Source: Eledone cirrhosa (Eukaryota). From it: a DNA stretch of 64,000 nucleotides. The notes under the pieces are model-generated. The model saw only the letters and a list, made by a program, of their open reading frames with translations, did not search any database and was not told the DNA's origin. Below, piece after piece: positions 56,232-64,000 of this stretch (the first letter of the stretch is position 1; the number at the start of each line of letters is the position of its first letter). The position numbers and the translations under genes are program-made. The stretch spans positions 11,966,001-12,030,000 of the forward strand of contig OZ024761.1 in the NCBI GenBank assembly GCA_964016885.1. The letters are read 5' to 3'.

Positions 56232-57485
56232 GGTAGCTGCCAACTCGTTTTCGAGTACGGCCACTACTTTATATCCATGTAGGAGAACCCCTACCGATGC
56301 GCTGAACGAGTGTGACTTATTAGTCCAGCCAGCGATTTGAAAACTCTGGTACAAACACTACACTTGTGACAATTATTGACACATAGTGCTGAGCCCATGG
56401 TACCATGTGACGACAAGTGCAGAGAGAACTCCAGATATAAAGCAATGCCTGTGCCGTGAAGCTTTTATAATGAGCAAAGGCACTGCACAAAGCCAGTCCC
56501 ACTCTCTTAACCAAGATGATATTTACCAAAAAGAAGAACAAGTCAACATCATTGGATACCATCAGGGTTGCAGGTGTTATATCAGAGTTTTCCTTCTCCT
56601 AGAATTCTGCCTTGACAAAGGCTAAGGGGTCATCTCTCCCGATGATTTTAGATGGTTATTGACTCTTAAGAGCTCCTTTGCCCTTTGACAGGTTTTGTTT
56701 TTAGTCCTGCAAGATGTCCAAAGTCACCCTCCTCACCAAGAAACCTTGGTGGAGTTGCCAGTTTAGTCGCCAACGACCCGACCATGAGACAAGTTGTACT
56801 GGGACACATGTTACCAGTAGCACCAACATACATACATACATGCATGCATTTATGCATGCATGCATGCACACACACAGACATACCCACATACACTCATATA
56901 TACACATATATACACACACAGTCAGTAGGCACCTCTTAATTAAATATAAACCCCCTCCCACTCCCCTACTCCCACCCCCATCCCCACCACCCCTTTCTCT
57001 GTAAAGTTTATGTTGGTACCACAACATCCAGTCCTAAATAAATGAGGTTGTATAGGTGTCACGACAAAAAAACAAAACACACACACAGTCCACGCTATAA
57101 TGTGGCCATGTAGGTAACACAGCTCCCAGTCCACACTGTAAACGTGGTTGGTGTTAGGAAGGGCATCCAGCCGTAGAAAACCTGCCAGGCAGTCCTATAC
57201 AAGCGAGACATGGTTACCCGAGCAACCTTGCCTCAAGTGAGACAATTCCCATCTAAACCCATTCTAGCGTGGAAGATAGACGTAAAACGATGATGATGAC
57301 ACATTGCCATATGTTTACCACTATTTTAAGGATCCGCTGTCCTAGCACCACCTCCACCTCCCCAACTACAAAGTTTAACTTAAATTAAAACATTATCTGA
57401 CTTATTTTACATACAGTAGACATGTCTGTGACCTTTTCTCTTTGTTTACTAAAAACATATTGTACCACATAAGAGTTAATGATAT

Positions 57486-59617
57486 GTATGTTGGTGTGTG
57501 TAGTACTGTTATATAATGTTATTGTATGTTGGTGTGTGTAGTACTGTTATATAATGTTATTGTATGTTAGTGTGTGTAGTACTGCTATATAATGTTATTG
57601 TATGTTGGTGTGTGTAGTACTGTTATATAATGTTATTGTATGTTGGTGTGTGTAGTACTGTTATATAATGTTATTGTATGGTGGTGTGTGTAGTACTGTT
57701 ATATAATGTTATTGTATGTTGGTGTGTGTAGTACTGTTATATAATGTTATTGTATGTAGTACTGTTATATAATGTTATTGTATGTTGGTGTGTGTGTAGT
57801 ACTGTAGTACTGTTATATAATGTTATTGTATGTTGGTGTGTGTAGTACTGTTATATAATGTTATTGTATGTTGGTGTGTGTAGTACTGTTATATAATGTT
57901 ATTGTATGGTGGTGTGTGTAGTACTGTTATATAATGTTATTGTATGGTGGTGTGTGTAGTACTGTTATATAATGTTATTGTATGGTGGTGTGTGTAGTAC
58001 TGTTATATAATGTTATTGTATGGTGGTGTGTGTAGTACTGTTATATAATGTTATTGTATGTTGGTGTGTGTAGTACTGTTATATAATGTTATTGTATGTA
58101 GTACTGTTATATAATGTTATTGTATGTTGGTGTGTGTAGTACTGTTATATAATGTTATTGTATGTTGGTGTGTGTAGTACTGTTATATAATGTTATTGTA
58201 TGTTGGTGTGTGTAGTACTGTTATATAATGGTATTGTATGTTGGTGTGTGTAGTACTGTTATATAATGTTATTGTATGTTAGTGTGTGTAGTACTGTTAT
58301 ATAATGTTATTGTATGTTGGTGTGTGTAGTACTGTTATATAATGTTATTGTATGTTGGTGTGTGTAGTACTGTTATATAATGTTATTGTATGTAGTACTG
58401 TTATATAATGTTAGTGTATGTTGGTGTGTGTAGTACTGTTATATAATGTTATTGTATGTTGGTGTGTGTAGTACTGTTATATAATGTTATTGTATGTTGG
58501 TGTGTGTAGTACTGTTATATAATGTTATTGTATGTAGTACTGTTATAAAATGTTAGTGTATGTTGGTGTGTGTAGTACTGTTATATAATGTTATTGTATG
58601 TTGGTGTGTGTAGTACTGTTATATAATGTTATTGTATGTTGGTGTGTGTAGTACTGTTATATAATGTTATTGTATGTAGTACTGTTATATAATGTTAGTG
58701 TATGTTGGTGTGTGTAGAACTGTTATATAATGTTATTGTATGTAGTACTGTTATATAATGTTATTGTATGTTGGTGTGTGTAGTACTGTTATATAATGTT
58801 ATTGTATGTTAGTGTGTGTAGTACTGTTATATAATGTTATTGTATGGTGGTGTGTGTAGTACTGTTATATAATGTTATTGTATGTTAGTGTATGTAGTAC
58901 TGTTATATAATGTTATTGTATGTAGTACTGTTATATAATGTTATTGTATGTAGTACTGTTATATAATGTTATTGTATGTTGGTGTGTGTAGTACTGCTAT
59001 ATAATGTTATTGTATGTTGGTGTGTGTAGAACTGTTATATAATGTTATTGTATGTTAGTGTGTGTAGTACTGTTATATAATGTTATTTTATGTTGGTGTA
59101 TGTAGTACTGTTATATAATGTTATTGTATGTTAGTGTGTGTAGTACTGTTATATAATGTTATTTTATGTTGGTGTATGTAGAACTGTTATATAATGTTAT
59201 TGTATGTTAGTGTATGTAGTACTGCTATATAATGTTATTGTATGTTGGTGTGTGTAGAACTGTTATATAATGTTATTGTATGTTGGTGTGTGTAGAACTG
59301 TTATATAATGTTATTGTATGTTAGTGTGTGTAGTACTGTTATATAATGTTATTTTATGTTGGTGTATGTAGAACTGTTATATAATGTTATTGTATGTTAG
59401 TGTATGTAGTACTGCTATATAATGTTATTGTATGTAGGTGTGTGTAGTACTGCTATATAATGTTATTGTATGTTGGTGTGTGTAGAACTGTTATATAATG
59501 TTATTGTATGTTGGTGTGTGTAGTACTGTTATATAATGTTATTGTATGTTGGTGTGTGTAGTACTGTTATATAATGTTATTGTATGTTGGTGTGTGTAGT
59601 ACTGTTATATAATGTTA
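57486..59617. repeat. 38-bp satellite (with shorter variants)
   Basis: Unit gtatgttggtgtgtgtagtactgttatataatgttatt. Confidence 0.95.
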
Positions 59618-62600
59618 TGTATGTCAGTGTATGTAGTAGTGTTATGTATGTCAGTGTATGTAGTAGTGTTATGTATGTCAGTGTATGTAGTAATGTTATG
59701 TATGTCAGTGTATGTAGTAGTGTTATGTATGTCAGTGTATGTAGTACTGTTATGTATGTCAGTGTATGTAGTAATGTTATGTATGTCAGTGTATGTAGTA
59801 GTGTTATGTCAGTGTATGTAGTAGTGTTATGTATGTCAGTGTATGTAGTACTGTTATGTATGTCAGTGTATGTAGTAGTGTTATGTCAGTGTATGTAGTA
59901 GTGTTATGTATGTCAGTGTATGTAGTAATGTTATGTATGTCAGTGTATGTAGTAGTGTTATGTATGTCAGTATGTAGTAGTGTTATGTATGTCAGTGTAT
60001 ATAGTAGTGTTATGTATGTCAGTGTATGTAGTAGTGTTATGTATGTCAGTGTATGTAGTAGTGTTATGTCAGTGTATATAGTAGTGTTATGTATGTCAGT
60101 GTATGTAGTAGTGTTATATATGTCAGTGTATGTAGTAGTGTTATGTATGTCAGTGTATGTAGTAGTGTTATGTATGTCAGTGTATGTAGTACTGTTATGT
60201 ATGTCAGTGTATGTAGTAGTGTTATGTATGTCAGTGTATGTAGTAGTGTTATGTCAGTGTATATAGTAGTGTTATGTATGTCAGTGTATGTAGTAGTGTT
60301 ACGTATGTCAGTGTATGTAGTAGTGTTATGTATGTCAGTGTATGTAGTAATGTTATGTATGTCAGTGTATGTAGTAGTGTTATGTATGTCAGTGTATGTA
60401 GTAGTGTTATGTCAGTGTATATAGTAGTGTTATGTATGTCAGTGTATGTAGTAGTGTTACGTATGTCAGTGTATGTAGTAGTGTTATGTATGTCAGTGTA
60501 TGTAGGAATGTTATGTATGTCAGTGTATGTAGTACTGTTACGTATATCAGTGTATGTAGTACTGTTATGTATGTCAGTGTATGTAGTAGTGTTATGTATG
60601 TCAGTGTATGTAGTACTGTTACGTATGTCAGTGTATGTAGTACTGTTATGTATGTCAGTGTATGTAGTAGTGTTATGTATGTCAGTGTATGTAGTAGTGT
60701 TATGTATGTCAGTATTTAGTAGTGTTATGTATGTCAGTGTATGTAATAGTGTTATGTATGTCAGTGTATGTAGTGTTATGTATGTCAGTGTATATAGTAG
60801 TGTTATGTATGTCAGTGTATGTAGTAGTGTTATGTATGTCAGTGTATGTAGTAGTGTTATGTCAGTGTATATAGTAGTGTTATGTATGTCAGTGTATGTA
60901 GTGTTATGTATGTCAGTGTATATAGTAGTGTTGTGTATGTCAGTGTATGTAGTAGTGTTATGTATGTCAGTGTATATAGTAGTGTTATGTATGTCAGTGT
61001 ATGTAGTAGTGTTATGTATGTCAGTATGTAGTAGTGTTATGTATGTCAGTGTATGTAGTAGTGTTATGTATGTCAGTGTATGTAGTAGTGTTATGTATGT
61101 CAGTGTATGTAGTAGTGTTATGTATGTCAGTGTATATAGTAGTGTTATGTATGTCAGTGTATGTAGTGTTATGTATGTCAGTGTATATAGTAGTGTTATG
61201 TATGTCAGTGTATGTAGTAGTGTTATGTATGTCAGTATGTAGTAGTGTTATGTATGTCAGTGTATGTAGTAGTGTTATGTATGTCAGTGTATGTAGTAGT
61301 GTTATGTATGTCAGTGTATGTAGTAGTGTTATGTATGTCAGTGTATGTAGTAGTGTTATGTATGTCAGTGTATATAGTAGTGTTATGTATGTCAGTGTAT
61401 GTAGTGTTATGTATGTCAGTGTATATAGTAGTGTTATGTATGTCAGTGTATGTAGTAGTGTTATGTATGTCAGTGTATATAGTTATGTTATGTATGTCAG
61501 TATGTAGTAATGTTATGTATGTCAGTGTATGTAGTAGTGTTATGTATGTCAGTGTATATAGTAGTGTTATGTATGTCAGTGTATGTAGTAGTGTTATGTA
61601 TGTCAGTGTATGTAGTAGTGTTATGTATGTCAGTGTATGTAGTAGTGTTATGTATGTCAGTGTATGTAGTAGTGTTATGTATGTCAGTGTATGTAGTAGT
61701 GTTATGTATGTCAGTGTATGTAGTAATGTTATCTATGTCAGTGTATGTAGTAATGTTATGTATGTCAGTGTATGTAGTAGTGTTATGTATGTCAGTGTAT
61801 GTAGTAGTGTTATGTATGTCAGTGTATGTAGTAATGTTATGTATGTCAGTGTATATAGTAGTGTTATGTATGTCAGTGTATGTAGTAGTGTTATGTATGT
61901 CAGTGTATGTAGTAGTGTTATGTATGTCAGTGTATCTAGTAATGTTATGTATGTCAGTGTATGTAGTAATGTTATGTATGTCAGTGTATGTAGTAGTGTT
62001 ATGTATGTCAGTGTATGTAGTAGTGTTATGTATGTCAGTGTATGTAGTAATGTTATCTATGTCAGTGTATGTAGTAATGTTATGTATGTCAGTGTATATA
62101 GTAATGTTATGTATGTCAGTGTATGTAGTAATGTTATGTATGTCAGTGTATATAGTAATGTTATGTATGTCAGTGTATGTAGTAATGTTATGTATGTCAG
62201 TGTATATAGTAATGTTATGTATGTCAGTGTATGTAGTAATGTTATGTATGTCAGTGTATATAGTAATGTTATGTATGTCAGTGTATGTAGTAATGTTATG
62301 TATGTCAGTGTATGTAGTAGTGTTATGTATGTCAGTGTATGTAGTACTGTTATGTATGTCAGTGTATGTAGTAGTGTTATGTATGTCAGTGTATGTAGTA
62401 ATGTTATGTATGTCAGTGTATATAGTAATGTTATGTATGTCAGTGTATGTAGTAATGTTATGTATGTCAGTGTATGTAGTACTGTTATGTATGTCAGTGT
62501 ATGTAGTAGTGTTATGTATGTCAGTGTATGTAGTAATGTTATGTATGTCAGTGTATGTAGTAGTGTTATGTATGTCAGTGTATGTAGTAGTGTTATGTAT

Positions 62601-64000
62601 GTCAGTGTATGTAGTAGTGTTATGTATGTCAGTGTATGTAGTAGTGTTATGTATGTCAGTATGTAGTAATGTTATGTATGTCAGTATGTAGTAGTGTTAT
62701 GTATGTCAGTGTATGTAGTAGTGTTATGTATGTCAGTGTATATAGTAGTGTTATGTATGTCAGTGTATGTAGTAATGTTATGTATGTCAGTGTATGTAGT
62801 ACTGTTATGTATGTCAGTGTATGTAGTAGTGTTATGTATGTCAGTGTATATAGTAGTGTTATGTATGTCAGTGTATGTAGTAATGTTATGTATGTCAGTG
62901 TATATAGTAGTGTTATGTATGTCAGTGTATGTAGTAATGTTATCTATGTCAGTGTATGTAGTAGTGTTATGTATGTCAGTGTATGTAGTAGTGTTATGTA
63001 TGTCAGTGTATGTAGTAATGTTATGTATGTCAGTGTATGTAGTAGTGTTATGTATGTCAGTGTATGTAGTAGTGTTATGTATGTCAGTGTATGTAATAGT
63101 GTTATGTATGTCAGTGTATATAGTAGTGTTATGTATGTCAGTGTATATAGTAGTGTTATGTATGTCAGTGTATATAGTAGTGTTATGTATGTCAGTGTAT
63201 GTAGTACTGTTATGTATGTCAGTGTATGTAGTAATGTTATGTATGTCAGTGTATATAGTAGTGTTATGTATGTCAGTGTATGTAGTAATGTTATCTATGT
63301 CAGTGTATGTAGTAGTGTTATGTATGTCAGTGTATGTAGTAGTGTTATGTATGTCAGTGTATGTAGTAGTGTTATGTATGTCAGTGTATATAGTAGTGTT
63401 ATGTATGTCAGTGTATGTAGTAGTGTTATGTATGTCAGTGTATGTAGTGTTATGTATGTCAGTGTATGTAGTAGTGTTATGTATGTCAGTGTATGTAGTA
63501 CTGTTATGTATGTCAGTGTATGTAGTAGTGTTGTGTATGTCAGTGTATGTAGTAGTGATATGTATGTCAGTGTATGTAGTAGTGTTATGTATGTCAGTGT
63601 ATGTAGTACTGTTATGTATGTCAGTGTATGTAGTAGTGTTATGTATGTCAGTGTATGTAGTAGTGTTATGTATGTCAGTGTATATAGTAGTGTTACGTAT
63701 GTCAGTGTATGTAGTAATGTTATGTATGTCAGTGTATGTAGTAATGTTATGTATGTCAGTGTATGTAGTAGTGTTATGTATGTCAGTGTATGTAGTAGTG
63801 TTATGTATGTCAGTGTATGTAGTACTGTTATGTATGTCAGTGTATGTAGTACTGTTATGTATGTCAGTGTATGTAGTAGTGTTATGTATGTCAGTGTATG
63901 TAGTAATGTTATGTATGTCAGTGTGTGTAGTACTGTTATGTATGTCAGTGTATGTAGTAGTGTTATGTATGTCAGTGTATATAGTAGTGTTATGTATGTC
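59618..64000. repeat. 27-bp satellite running off the window
   Basis: Unit gtatgtcagtgtatgtagtagtgttat, with 23-24 bp deletion variants. Confidence 0.95.

Noticed and set aside
59584-62691. MYVSVCSSV-type repeat ORFs
   Set aside because: They are in-frame translations of the 27-bp satellite with frequent frame-breaking variants.

Overview
Repeat-saturated, AT-rich animal DNA. The SINE/RTE/(TA)n landscape looks cephalopod (octopus-like), which is an inference. No intact protein-coding gene is supported: almost all listed ORFs are microsatellite read-through, and the rest are decayed non-LTR retrotransposons (several RTE families, one CRE-like fragment). The main signal is a ~10.7 kb head-to-tail array of a near-identical 468-bp unit (32801-43307, at least 22 copies, interrupted by a 200-N gap). 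Every unit carries a minimal type I hammerhead ribozyme (aacggtg-CTGATGA-tagctaacaagctt-GAAA-ctag-TA-catcgtt) and an octamer motif (ATGCAAAT). The array has an inverted 5' head and sits inside a (TA)n microsatellite. This is the architecture expected of a ribozyme satellite or non-LTR retrozyme that makes circular RNA and is mobilised by a Penelope-like reverse transcriptase. Around it are many dispersed type I hammerheads from at least 7 unrelated short repeat families, often as fold-back palindromes inserted in (TA)n. The window also holds tRNA-derived SINEs with RTE tails, a hAT-like element, LINE-derived minisatellites and a 38-bp to 27-bp satellite transition at the right end.
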